DNA of 63,643 nucleotides, the filler included, from Octopus bimaculoides (lineage: Eukaryota): the NCBI RefSeq assembly GCF_001194135.2. It is 6 parts of 6 records of this genome, joined end to end, with 100 filler letters (N's around TTAATTAATTAA, not from the genome) between each part and the next. Parts side by side here need not be neighbours in the genome. Positions count along the whole stretch, not along the records: positions 7,261 to 24,373 come from NC_068986.1; positions 24,474 to 55,538 come from NC_068999.1; 4 more parts are not named here. One strand, given 5' to 3'. Shown piece after piece: positions 13,625-27,557 of this stretch. The translations under genes were made by a program, and so were the position numbers. How positions within the stretch are numbered: position 1 is the first letter of the stretch; each line of letters begins with the position of its first letter. The notes beneath the pieces were generated by a model, which saw nothing but the letters and a program-made list of their open reading frames with translations, did not search any database and was not told the origin of the DNA.

Positions 13625-14340
13625 GCTGCCCAGTCCTGGCTAAGAAGGAATATATTCACAGACACGACAGAGCTGGGACCTATATACACTGGAAGCTATG
13701 CCAACACTAAGGAATAACAACAGAAAAAAGATGGTATAAACACACGCCAGAAAAGGTCACAGAAAACGAGAAAGCAACCATACTCTGGGATATGCCAGTA
13801 CACACAGATAGAGAACTTAAGGCAAATAGACCAGATATAGTTGTCAAAGATCATGAAGAAAAAAAAAATGCTTTCTAATTGATGTATCAATACCAGCAGA
13901 TGACAACGTTTCCCTAAAAGAAATGGAAAAAACTTTCAAAATACAAAGACCAGGAAATAGAGGNNNNNNNNNNNNNNNNNNNNNNNNNNNNNNNNNNNNN
14001 NNNNNNNNNNNNNNNNNNNNNNNNNNNNNNNNNNNNNNNNNNNNNNNNNNNNNNNNNNNNNNNNNNNNNNNNNNNNNNNNNNNNNNNNNNNNNNNCATAG
14101 TAGGTGCATTAGGTATGATAAAAAAATATTCAGACAAATACATAACAAAGACACCAGGACTTACAAATATATATAACATACAGAAAATTGCACTACTGGG
14201 CACTGCACACATCCTACGCAAAACACTTTCAATACAATAACCATAAGAGCATCACAGCAAACCACAGCACATACCCAATGCGCACAGAGCTGCGCTCGGT
14301 AGTGAAGTGAAAGCACGTTATAAAAATAAAACTACTGAAC
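13625..14340 (+). mobile_element. R4/Dong-clade element 3' end (younger copy, spans an N gap)
   Basis: GCPVLAKKEYIHRHD..WDMPVHTDRELKANRPDIVVKD..LIDVSIP..IVGALGMIKK..IQKIALLGTAHILRKTL, then 3' UTR and (AAT)n. Confidence 0.88.
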
Positions 14341-14354
14341 AATAATAATAATAA

Positions 14355-14908
14355 TAATACTTTCTACTATAGGCAAAAGGCCTGGAATTTTTGGGGCGGG
14401 GTTAAGTCGATTACATCGACCCCAGTACTCCATTGGTATTTAATTTATTGACTCCGAAAGGATGACAAGCAAAGTCGACCTCAGTGGAATTTGAACTCAG
14501 AACGTGCAAACGAGCAAAATACTGCTAAGCATTTATCCCGGTATGACTCAGTGGTTAGAACGTCGAGCTTACAATCGTGAAGTTGTGAGTTCGAATCCCG
14601 GACCGGGCTGCGTGTTGTGTTCTTGAGCAAGACACTTTATTTCACGTTGCTCCAGTTCACTCAGCTGTAGAAATGAGTTGCGATGTCACAGGTGCCAAGC
14701 TGTATCAGCCCTTGCCTTTCCCTTGGATAACATCAGTGGTGTGGAGAGGGGAGGCTGGTAAGCATGGGTGACTGCTGGTCTCCCATAAAACAACCTTCCC
14801 CGGACTTGTTCCTCGGAGGGTAACTTTCTAGGTGCAATCCCATGGTCAGTCATGACCGAAGGGGGTCTCAACATTTATCCCGGCGTGCTAACGATTCTGC
14901 CAGCTCAT
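14355..14908 (-). mobile_element. SINE family A (GGCGGCGAGCTGGCAG head) split by a nested SINE
   Basis: Matches intact copies at 8649-8880 and 29250-29477; interrupted at 14542-14871. Confidence 0.85.
14542..14871 (+). mobile_element. tRNA-derived CORE-type SINE (family B) with 12-bp TSD
   Basis: A box TCAGTGGTTAGA, B box GTTCGAATCCC, CORE-like CTTGAGCAAGACACTT...CTCAGCTGTAGAAATGAG. TSD CATTTATCCCGG at 14530-14541 and 14872-14883. Confidence 0.88.
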
Positions 14909-16129
14909 AATAATAATGGCTTCCAATTTAGGCACAAAGACAGCAATTTTGCGGCCCGGGGATCAGTCGATACTTCACTGGTACTTTATTTTATTGACCA
15001 TTCGGGGTGCTGAAGGGCATAGATAACCTCTGCCACTGATGTTGTTAATATTACTGCTGACGTTATTGCATCTCATTGGGGCGTTGGTGGTGGTGGTGGT
15101 GGTGGTGATGGTGGTGAAGGCGGTGGAGGTAACACATGATTAGCTGCTGATGATTATGATAATTTTAAGAGCTTCTTTGATTAACATAACATTGCTCTAG
15201 CTACAGCTACGTTGTTGTTGCTTCTGATACTGTTACTATGTTTTAATTACTAATACGTTGTAGTATTCTGTGCTTAGAGATAACTGCGAAAGACAGTTAT
15301 ATCCTATCTAACTTCAAAACCTTCTCCCTCTTTCCTGTGCCGCTGATTGGACGTCAAAGACAACTCTAGTTTGATTTTTGCCTTTATTTCGAAAAGTTTT
15401 AATTCCTTTAAAATTTCGCCTTTTAGGGCGAGTAATAGATTTCTATTTCTCTGGGACTAGTCAGAAGACACAGACATCCCCGATGAGAACTCAATAAGGT
15501 TCGAAAATCGATTTAAGCTGTTCATCATATTTTTCAATTTACGGAGAACTGGTTAAATTTGCCCTGCTTATAAGTCTACTCCGTAGGTTTGCACAAACAT
15601 AATAATTAAAATATCTATAATGCATTTTATTGCATTTCGTTATGAGTTCGACGCCTCCTCGCCCCGCTCCGTGGGATAATTGTTTGCATGAAACCATTTC
15701 TAGTGCAAAAGACGTTGGGGGAACGCTGCTCTACAGTACCCACACACACACCAAGCATAAATACCACCCGCAAAAGACAATAAAACTCACACTTGCTCTA
15801 CAGATACCATAAACTACATGCAAAACACAAACATCACCCAACAAAATAACAACTCATTACATTTATTCTACGTTAGGGTGCTGAAAAGTTCTTGGTTTTG
15901 GGTAAAAGAAAATACAGGATGCAATGGTGCACACATTTCAGAAACACAGAGTTGCAACTGGTGATGCAGTGGAAATTTTCATGAAACTGTTTAGACATGA
16001 TAACGACGATGATGATGATGAAAATCACTAATTATGATATCCGTTTATTAATTAGTCAATGTTTATCCAAAATATTAATTTACGCCTAAATACACGGTTA
16101 ATGTCATAATGTAATAATATAATGTCATT

Positions 16130-19560
<3,431 letters not shown>

Positions 19561-19716
19561 TCAAATTCAAGAATCACTCAGTATTTTTCAGTAGAGTCCC
19601 ATATTTGCTTTTATAAGGAAATGGTCGATAGTGACTTCGAATTTTCTTCTTACCGTCATAAAGAAACCTGATCATGGCAAATAATCTGAAACTTCGAAGT
19701 CGTTGCAAACTTTTCC

Positions 19717-19753
<37 letters not shown>

Positions 19754-20051
19754 CGTGCATGTGTGCGCGTATGTGCGTGTGTGTATGTAAAGATCTTAGC
19801 TTAGGCATAGCGATACTAACAACCTGGTGTTTGAACTCGATTTACATAGGCTTCAGAATAAGGTTTTAGGTGTGTGCAGACAGCAATACGAAATTAAATA
19901 ATGACACGAGAACAAGAAATAGGTAATCAACTTAATAAGTTGTGTTTCTGCTATAAGATGCCGTGCACTCAGAGCAGAATACTTGTGCATCATCTTAGAG
20001 CTTCTTCGGAACTAATGAAGTTGATTACTATTCTCTTGTCATTTATTTAAT

Positions 20052-20083
<32 letters not shown>

Positions 20084-20133
20084 TGTATGTATGCATGTAT
20101 GTATGTATGCATGCATGCATGTATGTATGTATG

Positions 20134-20298
20134 TTATTTCTTTACTACCCACAAGGGGCTACACACAGAGGGGACAAACAAGGACAGACAAACGGATTAA
20201 GTCGATTACATCGACTCCAGTGCGTAACTGGTACTTATTTAATCGACCCCGAAAGGATGAAAGGCAAAGTCGACCTCGGCGAAATTTGAACTCAGAAC
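20134..20298 (-). mobile_element. SINE family A, cut by an N gap
   Basis: Same core as 8649-8880. Confidence 0.85.
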
Positions 20299-20956
20299 NN
20301 NNNNNNNNNNNNNNNNNNNNNNNNNNNNNNNNNNNNNNNNNNNNNNNNNNNNNNNNNNNNNNNNNNNNNNNNNNNNNNNNNNNNNNNNNNNNNNNNNNNN
20401 NNNNNNNNNNNNNNNNNNNNNNNNNNNNNNNNNNNNNNNNNNNNNNNNNNNNNNNNNNNNNNNNNNNNNNNNNNNNNNNNNNNNNNNNNNNNNNNNNNNN
20501 NNNNNNNNNNNNNNNNNNNNNNNNNNNNNNNNNNNNNNNNNNNNNNNNNNNNNNNNNNNNNNNNNNNNNNNNNNNNNNNNNNNNNNNNNNNNNNNNNNNN
20601 NNNNNNNNNNNNNNNNNNNNNNNNNNNNNNNNNNNNNNNNNNNNNNNNNNNNNNNNNNNNNNNNNNNNNNNNNNNNNNNNNNNNNNNNNNNNNNNNNNNN
20701 NNNNNNNNNNNNNNNNNNNNNNNNNNNNNNNNNNNNNNNNNNNNNNNNNNNNNNNNNNNNNNNNNNNNNNNNNNNNNNNNNNNNNNNNNNNNNNNNNNNN
20801 NNNNNNNNNNNNNNNNNNNNNNNNNNNNNNNNNNNNNNNNNNNNNNNNNNNNNNNNNNNNNNNNNNNNNNNNNNNNNNNNNNNNNNNNNNNNNNNNNNNN
20901 NNNCGATCAAATCAAGTGGCAGCATGGGAAGAAAAGAAAACATATAGGTTATAATT

Positions 20957-20996
<40 letters not shown>

Positions 20997-21273
20997 TGAT
21001 GATAATAATAATAATAATATATGTATGTATGTATGCACACGCACATCGCATACACCCATATATGAATGTATGTATGTATGTATGTATGTATGTATGTATG
21101 CCTGCATGTTTCGCCTGATGATCACAGTCACGTGAAACTCGTGTCGCAAGAGAAACTCTCAGTTTCACTTTTAATAAAAAAAAAAAAGTATATATACATA
21201 TATACTCTCTTTTACTCTCTTTTTCTTGTTTCAGCCATGCGGCGTGGTCATGCTGGAGCACCACTATACACGC

Positions 21274-21305
<32 letters not shown>

Positions 21306-21467
21306 ATGTATTATTTATTATTATTATCTAATCGAACGCAACGCATCCATTTCCCCTCTCTACGCTAGCGATGTGATTCAATTGGAAAACTGCCACCTGA
21401 GGACTGACACAGTTTGGCACCAGTGTCGTTGCAGGCTGTCAGAGCGCAGCGAATCGCAAGCTATACC

Positions 21468-21625
21468 CAGCACCGTCTTAAGGCTGGGTATTGCACACTG
21501 GATATTTACCCAGGGGCCCTATTAATCTAGGGACCCTATTCAAATATATGTATGCTGTGTCGTGTCAATAAATAAATGCTACATTGATTCGCCTGGGGCC
21601 TTATAATGCTTGTATGACGGCCCTG
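21468..21625. mobile_element. hAT-like MITE (158 bp)
   Basis: Ends CAGCACCGTCTT... and ...ATGACGGCCCTG. 8-bp flanks gctatacc/ccaatacc match 6/8. GGGCCC-type subterminal motifs. Confidence 0.5.
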
Positions 21626-22159
21626 CCAATACCACAAGGTATCCAGTTCAGGTTATCGTTGTAACATTTCCAACAATCCTCCCTTCTCTGGATTGGTAAG
21701 CTTTGGAATTCGTATTTGAATAATCTCTACGTTTTAACAAATATTTTGTTGTTCTTTCTAACAATATGGATGACTAACATTTTGTCAGTTAGTGCTTGTG
21801 ACACCATCAAAAGGTAACCGAATCCTGAAAACCAAATAAACTTGAATGTAAGATAGAAATGATCTTCCCATGGTCTAGCCATTACATTTGTTCTGGTGTT
21901 GTCTTGCCTCAGAATGTACAGCTTATTTATCAGGAATTGTTTTAAAATGACCCCAGAAACCCCTTCTTTCCACCTGATTGACCAATTACTTTATTAGGCT
22001 GACAGTGATGCCAGACAAACTGATTAACACAGTTCATATGTGATTTTTACATGACGTAAAGACATGCAACTGGACCATAATCGCGTTTATTATGTTTTTA
22101 CCGGGTTATTACACGAGTTTATATTTGTGTGTGTGTGTGTGTGTGTGTGTTTGTTTGTG

Positions 22160-23564
22160 TAAAGTATTGGACAGTCAATAGATAGATCAGTGGTTGTCAC
22201 TCTATCTAGCTTAGTGTGTGTGCGTTCTTGCGTGTATGTGTGTGTATTTGTTCGTGCATGTATGTGTAATGGTGTATGTATTTGTATGAGTGTGTGCTGT
22301 TTTGCGCTTGTGTGTGTATGAGTGTATATGTGTATGTAATCATTTGAAGTATAACAGCGTTCTTATTAGTAAATTTTCACATAAATAATCGACGCGTTTC
22401 TATATATTTATCTATTTATGTTTATATGTATTTAAACATATTTACGCATTTGTGCATAAATACATGTACAATGTATGTCTTAACGTCAATATGCTTGTAT
22501 GTATATATATATATATTTATACATGCTTAGATGTGCTGAGTCATGTGCTCATGTATACTACGTTATGAGTTCTTGTGTGAATATCTACTATATTCAGGTG
22601 ATGTATTCGTGTTTGCATACATTACGGGGAATATTTACCAATTTCAAGTAGCTGTCGCTAAATTCTATTATCTAAAGACATACAACGTATTTAGTTGATA
22701 GTGTATCATGTTTCAAACTGCCGTGTTACCTGTCTCTCTGTGTGTGTGGCACCCCTGACATCAGAGTTCACGGTGAATACATAGAAGCTGGGAAAGTTGA
22801 ATCTGAATGTAAACAGAAATATTTATAGTTGACACCATTCCAAATATTGAAGGAGGGCTAAATATACCTAAAATGATCACTTGTACGCATTGTAAAGGTT
22901 AGAAAAAAGGCTTATATATAAGGGGCTGTCTTTTATTTTTGGATTTTATTTTTTTTTTGGAAGGTGACTCTTGAAACAGTACTTACGTAATAAAGCTTAT
23001 TAAAAAATACTTGACAGGAACATATTGTAGACTACCAACTCAAAGATGGTGAGTCCGTTCTTGTTCCTGGTATACTGACCTGTCTTAGATATAGTAATCT
23101 TTTTTGTGCTGCAGTCCATAGAGTGGAACAAAATACTTGTATTAAACTAGCGCTCTATCCCCGGGGAAATTTATCTCATTAATATTTCGATAACTGAATG
23201 CGGCGAGCTGGCAGAATCGTTAGCACGCCGGGCAAAATGCTTAGCGGTATTTCGTCCGTTTTACGTTCTGAATTCAAATGCTATCGGAGTCAATTTTGCC
23301 TTTCATCCTCTCGGGGTCAATTTTGCCTTTCAGCCTCTCGGGGTCGATATACCTCCTCCCCCGAATTTGCTGGCCTTCTGCCAAAATACGAATCTAATAT
23401 TCCGGAAACTGTATTCATATATAAGCTCTACAAAATCTGTGAACCAAGAATAATTTAATATTATTATAGGGCAGTTGTTTTGTAGAGAATGGATGGTGTG
23501 TGAACGAATGGATAAAGTATTGGACAGCCAATAGATAGATCAGTGGTTGTCACTCTATCTAGCT
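22160..23564 (+). repeat. 52-bp direct repeat pair (22160-22211 and 23513-23564)
   Basis: TAAAGTATTGGACAG(T/C)CAATAGATAGATCAGTGGTTGTCACTCTATCTAGCT, 1 mismatch. Confidence 0.9.
23206..23400 (+). mobile_element. SINE family A with internal 27-bp tandem duplication
   Basis: Head GCGGCGAGCTGGCAGAATCGTTAGC; GTCAATTTTGCCTTTCA(T/G)CCTCTCGGG x2 at 23289-23342. Confidence 0.8.
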
Positions 23565-24175
23565 CAGTAATGTTCAAAACACTTAACTCTGAAATACTTC
23601 AGTCCCTCTAACTGTAAATAGATACCTCTAAATAGGATGTATTCACTATTATTAGAAGAGGTGCCCTAGTAAAACTGCCGAGTCTTTCATAATCATGTAA
23701 GACTACAGCTAGATGGACTGGAGCTTTTCATAATCATGTAGTATTGATTTCAACTCAGATGATTGTTGCTTAATCCCATCAGGGCCTTTACCAAGAAGAC
23801 AGTGTTTATTTTGTCACGAAATCCAAGAATTAATTTTTCAAATAAGTGGTTATGTTATAAGTTTTGCAAGATGTATACACACATGTATCCCGTAATTAAT
23901 TCCTTGGCGGTCTAAAGATCTACACTGAAGAAACATTTCAAACAGATATAGGGTTGAGAATTTCTCGCACCTCCCAAGTTTGAATTTGATAGCTTAGCGC
24001 GGGAAAATTTGTTTTCCGAACCAAAAACCGGCATATTAATGATCTCTTTCTCCTCTGTTACTCATGAATACTATTAATACCTGCATATTGACAAAATGTT
24101 TCGTATTAAGATGGTGTCAACGAGACAGAGCGAGCGAAAGTAGTAGCCAAACTTCCATATAAATATATATATATA

Positions 24176-24366
24176 CGAGGAGTGCTGAAAAGTTCCTGGC
24201 TTTGGGTAAAAGAAAATACAGTAAATCATGATTTTACTCAACCTATTCCCCTCTCACATTCACACACTTATTGCAGCGGTCCTTCAGTTTTTCTAAATAA
24301 AAAAAATCGAAATGGTAGGCCTCCAACCAGGCTTTTTGCGATATCCTTAAAACCAGGAACATTTCG
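24176..24366. mobile_element. Short non-autonomous derivative (MITE) of the same mariner family
   Basis: TA|CGAGGAGTGCTGAAAAGTTCCTGGCTTT at left and a partly deleted inverted copy AAAACCAGGAACATTTCG|TA at right. Interior resembles 38433-38610. A one-TIR fragment also starts at ~15871. Confidence 0.7.
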
Positions 24367-24373
24367 TATATAT

Positions 24374-24473
24374 NNNNNNNNNNNNNNNNNNNNNNNNNNN
24401 NNNNNNNNNNNNNNNNNTTAATTAATTAANNNNNNNNNNNNNNNNNNNNNNNNNNNNNNNNNNNNNNNNNNNN
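24374..24473. other. Artificial scaffold linker
   Basis: Same 44+12+44 structure. Confidence 0.95.
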
Positions 24474-24734
24474 CCTCCTCTTTTTATAAACTACTTTTGA
24501 TGTTATATCTACTAACAGTTTTTTTAAAAAATTTAATAGTGTCCCTTTCATCATATACGCAGTCATCACATTCTCTTAAAATGTCTTATTGATGAGTTTG
24601 GTTTCTTTATTTCCCTGATGAGAAGATTGCATTGTTTTATATCATTTTATTCCTTCTGGAATAATACCAATGTTGTCTTCGAACCATATGTCGGAAGTAA
24701 AAGAATTGTCACACTCAAATGATGTTTTTCACGT

Positions 24735-25370
24735 GTCACCAGCATGGGAGCCAATCCGTGACCCTAGCAACGATCACGCTCGGATATGCTTCTTTTAATG
24801 TTCCACTGGCATGAGTGCCAATCAGGCGGTACTGTCATTGGCCACGTCAGCAATTTGGATTTATTTATACTTGCCTCAATAGGTCTTCGCAAGCAAAGTT
24901 CATTGTCCAATGAATGAAGGGTACTCATAAGTGGGCCAGTTGCACCCCACCTTCGGATGTGCTTTTAACGTTCCACTGGCATGAGTGCCAATCAGGTGGA
25001 ACTGTCATTGGCCACGTCAGCAATTTTGATTTCACTTACCTCAATAGATCTTCACAGGCAAAGTTTATTGTCCAATGAACGAGGAATATTCATAAATGGG
25101 CTGGTTACAACCACTGGCATAGGCTATGGTCTCACTTGTCTTGTCGGGTCTTCTCAAGCACAGCTAATCTCCAAAGGTCCCGGTCACTAGTCATTGCCTC
25201 GGTAAGGCCCAATGTTTGAAAGTCATGCTTCACCACCTCATCCTGTGTTTTCCTGGGCCTACCTCTTCCACAGGTTTCCTCAACTGCTAGGGTGTGACAC
25301 TTTTTCACACAGCTGTCCTCATCCATTCTTGCCACATGACCAGCACAGTTGTCTCTCTTGCACACCACAT
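24735..25370 (-). mobile_element. RTE 3' end with ~173-bp internal tandem duplication in the UTR
   Basis: Minus ORF ..GHVARMDEDSCVKKCHTLAVEETCGRGRPRKT..; the ttccactggcatgagtgccaatcagg block occurs twice (~24800 and ~24973). Confidence 0.82.
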
Positions 25371-25430
25371 CCTGATTTGCTACACTTTGTGTTGGGAGAA
25401 GCAATAAGATCGAAGACAAAAATGAGTAAG

Positions 25431-25484
25431 GAGTGTATAGGCCATATTTCGTGGGGAGGGGGAGTTGCCCCTTCATCAGCACCC
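25431..25484 (-). ncRNA. Hammerhead-like motif (type I, irregular stem II)
   Basis: Minus strand GGGUG-CUGAUGA-A-GGGG CAACU CCCC CUCCCCAC-GAAA-UA UGGCC UA-UA-CACUC. Canonical core, 5-bp stem I, 3-bp stem III, AUA triplet, extra C-rich bases before GAAA. Confidence 0.5.
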
Positions 25485-25677
25485 GTTAAAAAGATTTAAT
25501 GTACTTCGTAGTGTATTATGGTTACATAATGAAATACCATGTATCTACAAGTCATTAATATTTAAATACCAACTCCAGGAATGCGTCTAACATGTAAATT
25601 GGTTCATCCAATAACTTAACGCTGCTGTATGCAGTGGGTATATAAACAATGTGTTCCTAGGTGAGAGTAGGTTAGAA

Positions 25678-25725
25678 GGAAGTTGATGAAGGGGCAATCC
25701 CTGCCGAAATATGGCATATACATTC
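25678..25725 (+). ncRNA. Degenerate hammerhead-like motif, inverted partner of 25431-25484
   Basis: GGAAG-UUGAUGA-A-GGGGCAAUCCCUGCC-GAAA-UAU GGC AUA-UA-CAUUC. U at core position 3 and one mismatch in stem I. Confidence 0.4.
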
Positions 25726-25802
25726 ATTACCCATTATTGTCACTTATCTCATTGTTTTTTTTACGTCTGATAACTGAATATGGAACAGTGTAGCAAAAGA
25801 AA

Positions 25803-26125
25803 ACAGCGCTGGCTATGATATCTGTAGGAAGTGCCGCCTGACTGGCTCCCGTGGGATTTTCGAGTGAGATCGTTGCCGGTGCCCCTGGACTGGCTTGTGC
25901 GGGTGGCACATAAAAGACACCATTTCGAGCGTGGCCGTTTTCGTGCGGGTGACACGTAAAAGCACCCACTACACTCTCTGAGTGGTTGGCGTTAGGAAGG
26001 GCATCCAGCTGTAGAAACTCTGCCAAATTAGATTGGAGCCTGGTGTTGCCATCCGGTTTCACCAGTCCTCAGTCAAATCGTCCAACCCATGCTAGCATGG
26101 AAAGCAGACGTTAAACGATGATGAT
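25803..26125 (+). mobile_element. RTE-family 3' UTR with (GAT)n tail running into (TA)n
   Basis: Reverse complement of the terminus at 1675-1830 and 51946-52100. Confidence 0.82.
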
Positions 26126-26907
26126 ATATATATATATATATATATATATANNNNNNNNNNNNNNNNNNNNNNNNNNNNNNNNNNNNNNNNNNNNNNNNNN
26201 NNNNNNNNNNNNNNNNNNNNNNNNNNNNNNNNNNNNNNNNNNNNNNNNNNNNNNNNNNNNNNNNNNNNNNNNNNNNNNNNNNNNNNNNNNNNNNNNNNNN
26301 NNNNNNNNNNNNNNNNNNNNNNNNNNNNNNNNNNNNATATACCCCCTCATTCTTTGGTCCCTCTGATTTCTTTCCCCCTCTCTCCTATTCCTTAGTCCCT
26401 TTGCCCTCTTCAACTCCTCCCCTCCCCTACAACACAATTGCTGTCTAGTTCAGGTATTGTCGTCCTTTTTCGGCCAGCCGCCTTGAGGTCGGTTGTATCT
26501 GTTCTGTTTTGTGCTGCTACCTGGTCTGTTAAAATTCTTCCGTTTCCATTTTCCTTGCACTAGCGTATTACATTCGTCTGATAGTCAAAAGACGCTGTTT
26601 GTTTTGTTTTATTTTTTTTGTAATTGTATAATTATTTTTGTTTTGTTGAAAGGTGTTTGTTCATTGTGCATGTATAATTCTATTTCATGAGTTATGTTCA
26701 TCTGATAATTGAAAGACCCTTTCTGTTGATTACTTGTGTTTGTATATGTACATTCATTTGCCTTGCTCAGAGGCTTAATGCTTTTAGCTTAAGTTACTGA
26801 CCCAAATGGTTTTGAGTAGTACCAGAGGTAAATAGGTGAAACTATGTGAACATTCCGGACTCCAACTGAAAAGGCAATTGGCTGCAAATGATCCATGTAT
26901 CTTGTTT

Positions 26908-26962
26908 TGTCCTGTTGCCATTGTCATGCTATTGTCCTGTTGCCATTGTCATGCTATTGTCC
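26908..26962. repeat. 25-bp tandem duplication
   Basis: TGTCCTGTTGCCATTGTCATGCTAT x2.2. Confidence 0.9.
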
Positions 26963-27301
26963 TTTTTTTTTTTTTGCATGTTGGTGGTTTCCATTTGTTG
27001 TGTTTTTTATGTTTTACATTTGATTTATATATATATCTGTAAAATATTAACTTTTATATACCCATGGAGATATATATAAAACATAACAGGATATACTCAT
27101 AGAGATATGAATGCAACATATTGTACCTGGTTATATCCTTCAATGTATGTATAAAATGTAATACCTGAGATACTGATAAAAACTTATTATACCTGGCTAT
27201 GTTTGTAGTGATATTTATAAAATGTAAGATTTACTGTGCTTATAGTTTTGAGACAATATTTATCAAGTATTACAATGCTTTGATATTTATTAACTATTTT
27301 G

Positions 27302-27349
<48 letters not shown>

Positions 27350-27406
27350 NNNNNNNNNNTGTATTAAAAAAAATTAAACTATGATTATGTAAATTTTCTG
27401 TTGAAG

Positions 27407-27557
27407 ACCAAAGAAAACAGCTTTATTTTATATTGAATTAATTGTTGATGAACAAGGTCCACACTACAGTACTACCTTGACTGATTTTGAATCCTGTGTC
27501 CTTAGCCTTTTTGATAAAGGTATTAACTCTACTCAAGCTGTGCCGCAACTTGAAAAG
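27407..27557 (+). CDS. DNAH1: Dynein exon A (151 nt; [20 protein letters not shown]...AVPQLEK)
   Basis: Acceptor ttttctgttgaag|A, donor AAG|gtagat. Starts in phase 2, so it needs an upstream exon that is not seen. Confidence 0.88.

Noticed and set aside
14545-14620. tRNA gene
   Set aside because: A and B boxes are present but there is no anticodon or acceptor stem and no T-run terminator; it continues into a CORE domain, so it is a SINE head.
21468-23564. Helitron
   Set aside because: Hairpin plus CTAG is present but followed by C rather than T; no TC 5' end or Rep/helicase remnant identified.
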